A stretch of 64,000 bases of DNA from an uncultured Bacilli bacterium (GTDB taxonomy: Bacteria > Bacillota_I > Bacilli_A > RF39 > UBA660), in assembly GCA_910584255.1 (NCBI GenBank), contig CAJTXV010000005.1, positions 5,700 through 69,699 on the forward strand, written 5' to 3'. Both the position numbers and the translations under genes were made by a program. Position 1 is the first letter of the stretch; every line of letters begins with the position of its first letter. The notes under the pieces were generated by a model. That model saw nothing but the letters and a program-made list of their open reading frames with translations. It did no database searches and was not told the origin of the DNA. Positions 22,594 to 32,377 of the stretch are shown piece by piece.

Positions 22594-22859
22594 TGAAAAA
22601 AATTGTATTTGTTTGCTTGGGAAATATTTGCAGAAGTCCCATGGCTGAAGCAATTATGAAAAAACTTTTAAAGGAACAAAAATTAGAGATGATTTTTCAA
22701 GTAGATTCAATGGCTACTAGTTTTGAGGAAGTAGGAAATCCTATTTATCCTCCTGCACGAGAAAAGCTAAAAGAGAGGGGCATTTTAGCTTTCACACATC
22801 AAGCAAAAGTTTTTAAAAAAGAAAACTACGATGAAAAGGTGATATGTACATTGTATTAA
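22590..22859 (+). pseudogene. Truncated low-molecular-weight protein-tyrosine phosphatase (first 77 codons) fused out-of-frame to the dnaJ tail at the duplication junction
   Basis: Identical to the intact copy 30986..31441 through ...KVFKKENYDE, then KVICTLY* from dnaJ-derived sequence. It has lost the C-terminal DPWY catalytic Asp loop. Confidence 0.7.
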
Positions 22860-22990
22860 AAGTAATTACTCCAAAGAAACTTACGAAAGAGCAAAAAAGA
22901 ATTATTGAATCCTTAAGGGAAACTGATTTAGTAGACAACGAAATGAAAAAGTTTGATCGTTTTGTAGAAGTAAACAATGAAAGCATTTAA
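22836..22990 (+). pseudogene. Promoterless duplicated 3' fragment of dnaJ (last ~50 codons)
   Basis: Sequence identical to 14440..14594 (…[50 protein letters not shown]). No start codon. Confidence 0.7.
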
Positions 22991-23123
22991 CAAAGTGCTT
23001 TTTTTCTTGCCAACTTTACATTCTAATCGTAAAAAGACTTGTCAAAATTTGTTTCAATAGGCTATACTTAAGATATAAGAAAATAAGCTTCATAGTAAGT
23101 CAGTTTGAAAGTGAGGAAGTAAT

Positions 23124-23567
23124 ATGGAAGTAAAATTTAGAATAGCAACAAGGGATGACATAAAAGAGATTATTGATTTATGTAACGTTGTGTTTATTGA
23201 GGATACCCCTTACGAATATGCACTTAAGGTGTTTGAAGAAACGAAAGATGATCCAAATAATATTTATCTAGTAGGAATAGTAGATGATAAGATTGTATCT
23301 CATGCTAAAATTACAGTGGTTCATACGATGTATGAAAAAATGAATACTTATGCGATTTTAAACCATGTTTGTGTTATGGAAGAATATCGTAGACATAATA
23401 TTGCCACTAAAATGTTAATGGAAATTGAGAAAATTTGTAAGGAACACGGGTGCAAAAAGATGGAATTATGGTCTAATAATATTCGAGTTCCAGCACATAC
23501 TTGTTATAAAAAATACGGATTTCATTTAGATGATGCAGGCTTCTTTTCTATGAATGTAAGAGGATAA
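23124..23567 (+). CDS. GNAT-family N-acetyltransferase (copy 2, identical)
   Basis: Identical 147-aa product, +8396 offset. Confidence 0.6.
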   Translation: MEVKFRIATRDDIKEIIDLCNVVFIEDTPYEYALKVFEETKDDPNNIYLVGIVDDKIVSHAKITVVHTMYEKMNTYAILNHVCVMEEYRRHNIATKMLMEIEKICKEHGCKKMELWSNNIRVPAHTCYKKYGFHLDDAGFFSMNVRG

Positions 23568-23572
23568 GAACT

Positions 23573-24754
23573 ATGAAAATTGAGAGAATATATATTGGTG
23601 GGTGGTTTCAACGTACTACCTTGCAACTATCTGAAATTTATGATTTTGTTCGTGATGGAACTTCACAATTAAAGTTAGACAAAAATAAACTTCAAAAAAT
23701 GAGAACTGACTTAGATCTTGCCCACGTTGAGTACAATGTAGATGGACTGGAATATTTAATGCTTACTACAAATACAGAAATTCAAATTAAAATATTTGAA
23801 GATGGACTTATCGTTTTAAATGATGGGGATGTCAACGAATTTTCCTTATTTCAGGACATTGAGTCTTTGGCACAGTACTATGAGAAAAAGCTATCTCCAG
23901 CATTTTCCTATCTCTTTAGTTTAGGTGCTCCTGTTCCAAAGGAACTTGCTAATATTGAAACAGTATATCCTTACTTTATTGTTTTAAATAATGCCAAAGA
24001 GGCAGAAATGCAAGCACTTCTTAGTAGAACGGAAAAACAAAAATATTTTGATTACAAAAATCAACATTATGACGTGGTTCGTGGAAATAAATATTATTTT
24101 ATTAATAATAAAACAAAGGATATGCATCAAGTGGAACGTTATATTGAAGAACAGATTTTTATTCGTGAGTTTAAGGCACAACTTCATCGCTATTTAAATC
24201 TTCATCGCATTATTTGGGAGAAAATCGATGAAGTAAAAGAAAATTCTCATGTTCGAGGAAAGGATATTATTGCTTTCAGTAATAAGATTGATGGTTATAG
24301 AAAAACGGTCAATTTGATTGATTCTCGAATTAATCAGATGAATACATATATCAAAACAAGAGAAAAAATTGCGAAGAGTGATTCTAATTTAATTGAATCA
24401 TTAGATTTAATTGGGTACCGCTATGAAACATTAATTAATACAGTAAGCTATATGCAACAAATTTGGGCAATGACAAAGAATTATTTGAATCAAGCAGCAA
24501 AATTATTCGATAGTTTGGAGTCATCTATTACTGAAAAATCAGTTAATAGTTTAACAATTGTTACCTCCATGGGTGTTGGTGCATCTTTAATTGATTTGTT
24601 TACAGAATCTGCACCATCTTTTTCATCTTTTGGAATTATTTATTTCTTTATTCTAGCAATTGTTGGGTACTCCGTAAATAAAATTATGAAAAAGATATCA
24701 GAAAATAGAAAATATGAAATTTCAGATATTGAGTACGATAAAAACATTAAATAG
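23573..24754 (+). CDS. Hypothetical membrane-anchored protein (copy 2, identical)
   Basis: Identical 393-aa product, +8396 offset. Confidence 0.5.
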   Translation: MKIERIYIGGWFQRTTLQLSEIYDFVRDGTSQLKLDKNKLQKMRTDLDLAHVEYNVDGLEYLMLTTNTEIQIKIFEDGLIVLNDGDVNEFSLFQDIESLAQYYEKKLSPAFSYLFSLGAPVPKELANIETVYPYFIVLNNAKEAEMQALLSRTEKQKYFDYKNQHYDVVRGNKYYFINNKTKDMHQVERYIEEQIFIREFKAQLHRYLNLHRIIWEKIDEVKENSHVRGKDIIAFSNKIDGYRKTVNLIDSRINQMNTYIKTREKIAKSDSNLIESLDLIGYRYETLINTVSYMQQIWAMTKNYLNQAAKLFDSLESSITEKSVNSLTIVTSMGVGASLIDLFTESAPSFSSFGIIYFFILAIVGYSVNKIMKKISENRKYEISDIEYDKNIK

Positions 24755-24799
24755 AAGAGGTTCTATCCAAAGAACTTCTTTTTCTAAAAGGAGGATAAT

Positions 24800-26536
24800 A
24801 TGTTTCGAAATTATTTGAATATCTTTGATGATTTTCGAGTTATTACAAAAAAACAAAGTAAGAAATATGTTTTTCTAATGCTTATATCTTCTGCTTTTCA
24901 TCATATTTTTAGTTTACTCCCACCAATTGCTGCTGCAGGAATCATTGCAATGGTTACAGAAGAGAATATGAACTTAGTTTTCTTTTATGGTTGTCTGTTT
25001 TTATTCTTTTATTTTCTATATTTCTTCGCATTATATTGGAAATATTTTTCCTATAAAAAATTAGGAGAGATGTATCATACAGAGATTCAGGATTATTTAT
25101 TTGAAATTATCGCATCCAATGATGATATTCTAACAAAGATTTCAAAAGGGAAAATCATGGATGTTTGTAATACAGATATTGGTTATACTGTAGATGTGGT
25201 AGATGCCTTTATTGGTGCGATTATGAATTTAATCAAAATCATTATTTTATTTTTTATCTTTCTTCACTATAGTATTCTAGTCGGTTCCCTAGTAGTCGTT
25301 TTAGTTATCTTTTATTTTCTTTTAATGGACTCTAATTCTTTAGCGGTTTCTAAGTGCTATGAAGGAGAAAGAAAGTATGACGATAAAGTCATTGATATTT
25401 TAAATCAGATGCTTGCAAATCTAAAGCAAGTAAAAACATTGAATTTAATGACTAATCTTAATAAAAAACTATGGAAAACCAGGGGTTGTTGGAAAGAAAA
25501 ATATACAAAAAGAAGAAATTATTTAATTAAAAGATATAGTATTTTACCTGTTATTTTGTACTTTACAAAATTTGTGTTATACATGATTTTGGCATCCATG
25601 GTAATTAGAAAACAAATGACTTTGGATAAACTTGTTTTATTAATTAGTTATTTTGAAGCTATTGTAACTGCAACAGATCAGACATTAGAGTACTTACTCA
25701 ATTTGAATAACTATAAAGTAAGAATGCAAAGAATTCGAAGTATTATCGATTATCCCCCACAAAAAGAATTTGATTTCGGCGACATTGATAATGATTATAT
25801 TTCAGGACTCATAGAATTCAAAAAGGTAAGTTATCAAGTAAAAGATGTGAAGGCATTAGATAATGTTAGTTTTAAGGTATATCCAAATGAGATTAATGCA
25901 ATTATCGGTCATTCTGGAAGTGGAAAGTCTACCATCATTCACTTGTTATATCGTCTTCATAAGGTTTCCTCTGGGATTATTTTAATTGATAATGTAAATA
26001 TTTACGACTACACCAATCATGTTTATACATCCAATGTCTCAGGTGTTTATCAGAAACCATTTGTTTTTGATATGAGTATTCGTGATAATTTAAATTTAGT
26101 GAATTCAAATCGAAATCTTCAAATTGAAGCATGTAAAAGAGTAGGGATTCATGACTTTATCATGTCATTACCCAAAGGATATAATACGATTGTTAATGAG
26201 GAAGATGCAATTGTTACTAGCGGTAAAAAGCAGCTATTGGCCATTGCACGAGCGTTGTTATCGAAAGCAGAAATCTTATTATTTGATGAAATTACAGGAA
26301 ATGTTGATCCAGAAACTACCAATCAGATTCTTTCCATCTTGCTTGATTTAAAGGCTGACCACACCATTCTTATGGTAACACATAAACCTGAAATGATGGA
26401 GATAGCCGATCGTGTGATTGTATTATCCAATGGAAAGGTAGAAAGCAAGGGCAAAAATAAAGATGTATACGAAAAATCTACTTTATATCAAGAACTTAAA
26501 AATCGTTCTTTTGTAAGTGTAAGTAAGGTAGAGTAG
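24800..26536 (+). CDS. ABC exporter, fused permease/ATPase (copy 2, identical)
   Basis: Identical 578-aa product, +8396 offset. Confidence 0.85.
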   Translation: MFRNYLNIFDDFRVITKKQSKKYVFLMLISSAFHHIFSLLPPIAAAGIIAMVTEENMNLVFFYGCLFLFFYFLYFFALYWKYFSYKKLGEMYHTEIQDYLFEIIASNDDILTKISKGKIMDVCNTDIGYTVDVVDAFIGAIMNLIKIIILFFIFLHYSILVGSLVVVLVIFYFLLMDSNSLAVSKCYEGERKYDDKVIDILNQMLANLKQVKTLNLMTNLNKKLWKTRGCWKEKYTKRRNYLIKRYSILPVILYFTKFVLYMILASMVIRKQMTLDKLVLLISYFEAIVTATDQTLEYLLNLNNYKVRMQRIRSIIDYPPQKEFDFGDIDNDYISGLIEFKKVSYQVKDVKALDNVSFKVYPNEINAIIGHSGSGKSTIIHLLYRLHKVSSGIILIDNVNIYDYTNHVYTSNVSGVYQKPFVFDMSIRDNLNLVNSNRNLQIEACKRVGIHDFIMSLPKGYNTIVNEEDAIVTSGKKQLLAIARALLSKAEILLFDEITGNVDPETTNQILSILLDLKADHTILMVTHKPEMMEIADRVIVLSNGKVESKGKNKDVYEKSTLYQELKNRSFVSVSKVE

Positions 26537-26584
26537 TTCATAATAAAAGTTTGTTAGTCTAAATACCTATGCTTTCTAAAGTAC

Positions 26585-26612
26585 CAGCAAGAAATTTCTC
26601 TTGCTTTTTTTT
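26585..26612 (+). terminator. Rho-independent terminator (copy 2)
   Basis: Same hairpin plus T-tract as 18189..18216. Confidence 0.6.
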
Positions 26613-26655
26613 AAGATTTGTGCTATAATATGCTTACTTTTAAGGGGGGTTATGT

Positions 26656-27579
26656 ATGAAAATAACAAATTTAAAGTTTTATGCTGCTACTCTATTGATG
26701 GGTGGTAGTATTGTATATTCGAATGTACAAATGAAAGAAATGGAGGCATCGTTTGAGGAACGCATTAATGAGTATGCTGCACAACAACAATTATTATGTC
26801 AAAAATATGATGACTTACAGGTACAATTAGAAGACTTTCAACAGGAAGTAGGTAAGACATCACATCAACTTGATTTATTACTGGCGAAGCAACAAGAAAA
26901 AAGACAAACTAATTATGCAGACGAAGTAGGAATTGTCGAAAATGATAATAGAATTAATAGTATTGCTATTGATCAGAAAGAAGATGGACAATATCTTTTA
27001 AATTTCTATAAAGTTGGAGTTCAACCATATGAATATATGGTAACTACTGACATTGATTCTACACTATCATCAATTGATGCTACTTATATAGATGACATCG
27101 ATACTGTCTTTTTAGATGGATGTGAAGATAAAAAAGTATTAGATGCTTTAAAATATTTTAAGAATTTAAGACGTTTAAACTTGGACGAATGCACATTTGC
27201 AGATGTTAGTAAAATTTCAAAACTAGGTGCACTAGAATATCTAAGAATTGCTGATTGTCCTAATGTTTCAGATATCAGTTCATTTAAGAACTTATCTAAC
27301 TTAAGAGTTATAATACTGAATGGTACAGAAGTAGAAAATATTGAATCTTTATCTTATTTATCGAACTTGGAAGTTGTGGATTTAAAAGGAAATAAAATTG
27401 TAAATCCTTGTTGTTTAGAGTGTTTACCTAGATTATATAATTTAATTTTAACAGACAATTGTATTACGGATATGTATTATTTAAATGGACTTATTCATAA
27501 TAATATAATTAGTGATATGGATGCAGAAGAAATCTTAAATTCTTATGCTTCTACTAGATTTAAAACAGGAACCATATAG
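26656..27579 (+). CDS. LRR (internalin-like) protein (copy 2, identical)
   Basis: Identical 307-aa product, +8396 offset. Confidence 0.65.
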   Translation: MKITNLKFYAATLLMGGSIVYSNVQMKEMEASFEERINEYAAQQQLLCQKYDDLQVQLEDFQQEVGKTSHQLDLLLAKQQEKRQTNYADEVGIVENDNRINSIAIDQKEDGQYLLNFYKVGVQPYEYMVTTDIDSTLSSIDATYIDDIDTVFLDGCEDKKVLDALKYFKNLRRLNLDECTFADVSKISKLGALEYLRIADCPNVSDISSFKNLSNLRVIILNGTEVENIESLSYLSNLEVVDLKGNKIVNPCCLECLPRLYNLILTDNCITDMYYLNGLIHNNIISDMDAEEILNSYASTRFKTGTI

Positions 27580-27590
27580 GATTCCTTTTT

Positions 27591-28850
27591 TTATGATTCT
27601 GTTTCTGTTAGTTTATTTTGTTCTTCCTCTCTTAATTTTTCTAATTTATCATTGATTTGTTTTAACATCCGTTCATTTGGTGAAGTATCTTTTGGAATAT
27701 AGTATTTTTTACCCTTTAGATTATTCGGCAAATATTGCTGTACTACAAAATTGTTAGGATAATCATGTGGATATTTATAAATAGTAGAGTGAATTTTAAT
27801 GGTATCAGGAATATCTTCACAGCGGCCTGTTCGAACATCTTCTAACGCTTTATCAAGTGCAAGATGAGCTGTATTTGATTTAGGAGATAATGCCATTTCT
27901 ATTACAATTTCTCCTAAGGGAATTCTTGCTTCTGGAAGCCCTACTAGTTCACTGGCACTAATTGCAGCCATCACTCTAGGTCCAATTTCTGGATTTGCTA
28001 GTCCTATGTCTTCATAAGCAATTACACTCATCCGCCGGTAAATACTATCCAAATCTTCCATTTCAAGTAGTCTTGCCAAATAGTGAAGGCTAGCATTTAC
28101 ATCACTTCCACGAATAGATTTTTGAAATGCACTCAGTAAATCATAATGACCCGATTCGCCTTTATCAGATATAATTACTGGTTTGTTATGAATACTTTTT
28201 ATTAAATCTAATGTAATCTTTTTATTACTTGAAGAATAAAATGCCATCTCTAATAGATTATATGCATAACGAAGGTCACTTCCTGAAAGAGATGCAATAT
28301 GTTCTAATACCCCTTTTTCTACTTTGATTCCTTCTAAATCAGGGTGCTTGGTAGCTCGATTTAATCCTTCTAAAATGTCTGCACTTGTTAAATCCTTTAA
28401 TTCAAATATCTGGCATCTACTACGAATGGCAGGATTGATTTTATGATATGGATTACTAGTAGTCATTCCAATTAAAGTAATTAATCCACTTTCTAGTTGC
28501 GGTAAGAGTAAGTCCTGTTTGTCCTTATTTAAACGATGAATTTCATCCATAATTAGGACAATTCCCTCATACATTTTAGCTTCTTCTACGACGATATCAA
28601 AGTCTTTTTTATTATTCATTGTAGCATTAAAAAAACGATACCTGACTCCTAAATCCTTAACAATTGCATTTGCAATCGTTGTTTTTCCAATCCCAGGTTT
28701 TCCATATAAAATCATAGAAAATATTTTCTTATTATTAACTAGATTTCTTAATATTTTATTTTCGCCTAGTAAATGTTTTTGACCGATCACTTCATTGATA
28801 GAATTAGGAGTTAATTGTAATGCCAGTGGCTTCTTCATATTAATCACCAC
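27591..28850 (-). CDS. rarA: RarA/MgsA AAA+ ATPase (copy 2, identical)
   Basis: Identical 419-aa product, +8396 offset. Confidence 0.85.
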   Translation of the reverse strand: MVINMKKPLALQLTPNSINEVIGQKHLLGENKILRNLVNNKKIFSMILYGKPGIGKTTIANAIVKDLGVRYRFFNATMNNKKDFDIVVEEAKMYEGIVLIMDEIHRLNKDKQDLLLPQLESGLITLIGMTTSNPYHKINPAIRSRCQIFELKDLTSADILEGLNRATKHPDLEGIKVEKGVLEHIASLSGSDLRYAYNLLEMAFYSSSNKKITLDLIKSIHNKPVIISDKGESGHYDLLSAFQKSIRGSDVNASLHYLARLLEMEDLDSIYRRMSVIAYEDIGLANPEIGPRVMAAISASELVGLPEARIPLGEIVIEMALSPKSNTAHLALDKALEDVRTGRCEDIPDTIKIHSTIYKYPHDYPNNFVVQQYLPNNLKGKKYYIPKDTSPNERMLKQINDKLEKLREEEQNKLTETES

Positions 28851-28922
28851 TTATATTTTATCAAAAAAGAGTACTTTTTAAAAGAAATATGTTATAATAT
28901 AAAAGGATTGTAGGGAAGTAAT

Positions 28923-29819
28923 ATGAAGCTAGGAAATCAGATAGAAGAATATCTAGATTATGTCATTGTAGAACAAAATTTAACCATTAATACCAAAAAT
29001 TCATATCAAAATGAATTAACAAAGTACATGGCATTTTTAGTAAGACGTGGTATTTGGAATATTGAGGATATAAAGTATGAAGATATTACAGAATACTTAA
29101 AAGCTTTAAGTAATCAAAATCTAAAACCTCAATCTATTGCACATTCCATTACTGTTATTAGAAATTTTCATAAATACTTTGTGAAAACTGGAGACTTAAA
29201 GCAAGATGTTTCCAAAAATATCTCACAACCTAAATTACAAAAAAAACTACCAGTTACTTTATCAGTTCAAGATGTAGATTGCCTATTGGATATTCAGATA
29301 GAGACACCATTTGACTATCGGAATAAGGCTATGTTAGAATTATTGTATGGTACAGGGTTGAGAATCAGTGAACTTCTTAGTTTAACATTAAATGATATTG
29401 ATTTAACTAATTGTACTGTACGTTGCATGGGGAAGGGAAGAAAAGAGAGAATTGTTCCTATTAATGACTTTATTATTGATTCTTTATCTAAATATTTAGA
29501 GGTGCGATGTCAATTAGAAAAAAGGGAGCGTTATGATTATCTTTTTTTAAATAATCATGGGAAACCGATTACAAGACAGGGCTTTTTTAAGATTTTAAAA
29601 AAAATATTATCAGAAAAAGGTCTAGACCCTAATACTTCTCCACATACATTAAGACATAGTTTTGCGACTCATTTACTAGAAAATGGGGCAGATCTTCGAG
29701 TAATTCAAGAGATGCTAGGACATAGTGATATTTCAACTACTAGAATTTATACGCATATTTCAAACCAAAAGGTAGAAAAAGATTATAAGAAATATCATCC
29801 AAGAAAGGACGAGGAATAA
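28923..29819 (+). CDS. xerD: Tyrosine recombinase XerD-like (copy 2, identical)
   Basis: Identical 298-aa product, +8396 offset. Confidence 0.8.
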   Translation: MKLGNQIEEYLDYVIVEQNLTINTKNSYQNELTKYMAFLVRRGIWNIEDIKYEDITEYLKALSNQNLKPQSIAHSITVIRNFHKYFVKTGDLKQDVSKNISQPKLQKKLPVTLSVQDVDCLLDIQIETPFDYRNKAMLELLYGTGLRISELLSLTLNDIDLTNCTVRCMGKGRKERIVPINDFIIDSLSKYLEVRCQLEKRERYDYLFLNNHGKPITRQGFFKILKKILSEKGLDPNTSPHTLRHSFATHLLENGADLRVIQEMLGHSDISTTRIYTHISNQKVEKDYKKYHPRKDEE

Positions 29820-29822
29820 ATT

Positions 29823-30989
29823 ATGAAATTTAAAAGAGTATTTTTAGTAATTCTTGATTCTTTAGGAGTAGGGGAAGCAATGGATGCAGCCAACTATGGT
29901 GATACTGGTGCCAATACTCTAGGTCATATTAATGAACAATATAATTTATTTGTGCCTAACTTAAAGAAATTAGGGTTTATGGATACTTTAACGATGGCGG
30001 AAAATGATGAAGTAGAAGCCTATTATACAATCGCTAGACCAACAAATCCAGGAAAAGATACACTAACAGGTCATTATGAACTTCTTGGGGTAAGGAATTT
30101 AGTGCCATTTAAATCATTTACAGAAAATGGATTTCCACGTGATTTATTAGAACAAATTGAACAACTAACAAAAAGACGTGTCATTGGAAATAAAAATGCT
30201 CAGGGAATTGATATTATTAATGAACTTGGGGAGAGGCATATGCAGTATGGTGCATTAATTCTTTATACTTCGAATGGTTCTAACCTGTATATTGCTGCAC
30301 ATGAAGATATTATTCCTGCGGCAAAACTCTATGAGTATGCTGAAAAAATAAGAAAAATTACAATGACAGAAGAGTTAAAAATTGGGAGGGTGATTGCTCG
30401 TGTATTTACAGGAAAGCCTGGGAACTTTCGATTTACAAATGATCGTTATGATTTAGCAGTAAAACCACCTACTAAAAGTGTTTTTAATCTATTACAAGAA
30501 AATGATTATGCTACGATTTCGATTGGGAAAATTACAGATATTTTTGATGAAGATGGGATTTCAAAGAAAATGAAAGCAGGTAATAATACAGAAGCATTAA
30601 ATAAATTAAGTGATGTGATGGATAAAAATTTTACTGGATTATGTGTTTGTAATTTAAATGATTTTGATCAAGAATTTGGACATAGACGTGATTTGGAAGG
30701 ATATGCAAAAGCAATTGAAGAATTTGATGTTCAGGTACCAATGTTAATTAATAAGCTTGATACAGAGGATTTATTAATTTTTACTGCCGATCATGGATGT
30801 GATCCTACATTTCCTGGAAATGATCACACAAGAGAGAATGTTCCAGTTGTTATTTTTGGAAGAAATTTAAGATTCCCAGAGCGCTTAGATATCTTAGAGT
30901 CTATGGGTGATATTGGTGCTACAATTGCTGAAAACTTTGGAACAACGCAATTATTAGTTGGAAAAAGTTTTTTAGAAAAGTTGCAATGA
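29823..30989 (+). CDS. deoB: Phosphopentomutase (copy 2, identical)
   Basis: Identical 388-aa product, +8396 offset. Confidence 0.85.
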   Translation: MKFKRVFLVILDSLGVGEAMDAANYGDTGANTLGHINEQYNLFVPNLKKLGFMDTLTMAENDEVEAYYTIARPTNPGKDTLTGHYELLGVRNLVPFKSFTENGFPRDLLEQIEQLTKRRVIGNKNAQGIDIINELGERHMQYGALILYTSNGSNLYIAAHEDIIPAAKLYEYAEKIRKITMTEELKIGRVIARVFTGKPGNFRFTNDRYDLAVKPPTKSVFNLLQENDYATISIGKITDIFDEDGISKKMKAGNNTEALNKLSDVMDKNFTGLCVCNLNDFDQEFGHRRDLEGYAKAIEEFDVQVPMLINKLDTEDLLIFTADHGCDPTFPGNDHTRENVPVVIFGRNLRFPERLDILESMGDIGATIAENFGTTQLLVGKSFLEKLQ

Positions 30990-31441
30990 TGAAAAAAATT
31001 GTATTTGTTTGCTTGGGAAATATTTGCAGAAGTCCCATGGCTGAAGCAATTATGAAAAAACTTTTAAAGGAACAAAAATTAGAGATGATTTTTCAAGTAG
31101 ATTCAATGGCTACTAGTTTTGAGGAAGTAGGAAATCCTATTTATCCTCCTGCACGAGAAAAGCTAAAAGAGAGGGGCATTTTAGCTTTCACACATCAAGC
31201 AAAAGTTTTTAAAAAAGAAAACTACGATGAATATGATTATATTATTGGGATGGAAGAGAGTAATATCTATAATTTAATACGTATTGTTGATGCCGATCAA
31301 GAGCATAAAATTCGTAAGCTACTTGGCCATCATGATATTAAAGATCCTTGGTATACAAGAGATTTTGAAACAACTTATCAAGAAATTGAATATGGATGTC
31401 GTCAACTTTTAGAAGAATTAATAAAAAGAGAAGGGGAGTAG
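30986..31441 (+). CDS. Low-molecular-weight protein-tyrosine phosphatase (intact copy)
   Basis: P-loop CLGNICRSPMAEAI (CX5R) and the DPWY motif; 151 aa. Overlaps the deoB stop by 4 nt. Confidence 0.8.
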   Translation: MMKKIVFVCLGNICRSPMAEAIMKKLLKEQKLEMIFQVDSMATSFEEVGNPIYPPAREKLKERGILAFTHQAKVFKKENYDEYDYIIGMEESNIYNLIRIVDADQEHKIRKLLGHHDIKDPWYTRDFETTYQEIEYGCRQLLEELIKREGE

Positions 31442-31465
31442 TATAGATTTTCTCCCCTTTTTATT
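31432..31465. terminator. Bidirectional hairpin terminator between the convergent LMW-PTP and DUF1540 genes
   Basis: aggggag-tagtatagatttt-ctcccct followed by TTTTATTT on the + strand. The complementary A/T context serves the - strand. Confidence 0.55.
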
Positions 31466-31649
31466 TATCACATTTAAAATTTTTACAGATAGTTTCTTTC
31501 TTATCAATAGCTTCATCACAACCACAAGTACAACCAACTTCTATTTCATCCAGTGTGCAGCAGTGATTATCGCAATCCTGATGTGTACAAGATTCTACAT
31601 TGCATTTTATATTTTGATTGTTAGTTGATTCTTTTTTCTTTTTACTCAT
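31461..31649 (-). CDS. Small Cys-rich protein (DUF1540-like)
   Basis: 62 aa with 11 Cys. Repeated CxVxxCxHxxC-like motifs (KCNVESCTHQDCDNHCC, VGCTCGCDEA, CKNFKCDK) typical of the Firmicutes DUF1540 family. Confidence 0.55.
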   Translation of the reverse strand: MSKKKKESTNNQNIKCNVESCTHQDCDNHCCTLDEIEVGCTCGCDEAIDKKETICKNFKCDK

Positions 31650-32377
31650 ATCTTCATCCCTCCTTTTTTTATTATGCCTTCCCTACACTTAATTTATACT
31701 AAAAATGATGAATAACTAACTGCTAATAAAGAATACATTTAAATTTAATAAAGTGTTCTAATTGGAATCGAGAGATGATTTAGGTTGATAATTACCCATT
31801 CGAAGAGAAAAAATAAAATATTAATATCAGTATTCAAAGTAAAAACAAACACAAACATATAGTTTATATAACTTAATGATTCTTATAGTATATATCTGTT
31901 TATTATATATATTAATCAGTTTTATTGGCTTGATGAAATTTAAAAGAATATAGTTTATTTTAATATATGGATATTTCCCAGGTAATGAATATAGTTTTGT
32001 CTTACTGTTAATACTATAAGTATTATGTTATAATATAATTATTAATTTATCGAAGAGTTATATGTTTGTCCAGGAAATTATATCGATAAGTTAACATAAT
32101 ATCAATTATGCGAAATAAAGAAACTCTGTTAGTTTTAATAAAGATTATTTTCTTTAACCAATAGTAAAACTTTATTAACTATTAGTAAATACATATTTTA
32201 TGTCATTATTAGAAATGATTATCATAGTAAATTAAAATAGTTGCTCAATTTTGGATATAATTTAGGAAATCAAAAAGGAAGTGAATTGACTCTAGATTAA
32301 TGCTTCTCTTCCCACTAATAAAAACTCTTTAAAATAACCCTATGATGTAGTATTATATTATTCATAGAGGTGACTGT

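Larger units (their letters stand above)
14440..22835. repeat. Copy 1 of a perfect 8,396-bp direct tandem duplication
   Basis: Every ORF in 14728..22593 recurs with identical protein sequence at a +8396 offset, including the spurious antisense ORFs, which implies DNA identity. The junction has 3-bp microhomology (gaa at 14437-14439, 22833-22835 and 31229-31231). Confidence 0.9.
22836..31231. repeat. Copy 2 of the 8,396-bp tandem duplication
   Basis: It starts inside the dnaJ 3' end sequence (aaggtgatatgtacattg...) that was fused to the interrupted LMW-PTP gene. It ends where the intact LMW-PTP gene continues (…gatgaa|tatgattat). Confidence 0.9.

Noticed and set aside
14440-31231. Whether the 8.4-kb duplication is a composite transposon or is flanked by IS elements
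   Set aside because: There is no transposase, no inverted terminal repeats and no target-site duplication. The joint shows only a 3-bp microhomology, consistent with illegitimate recombination or a replication-slippage-type tandem duplication, or with a mis-assembly.
32006-32033. Possible dif site (XerCD recombination site) in the convergence region
   Set aside because: Only the putative XerD arm (TTATGTTATAA) resembles the dif consensus. The XerC arm and spacer match at about chance level for AT-rich DNA, and the site is not palindromic. It is kept only as a note in the terminus finding.
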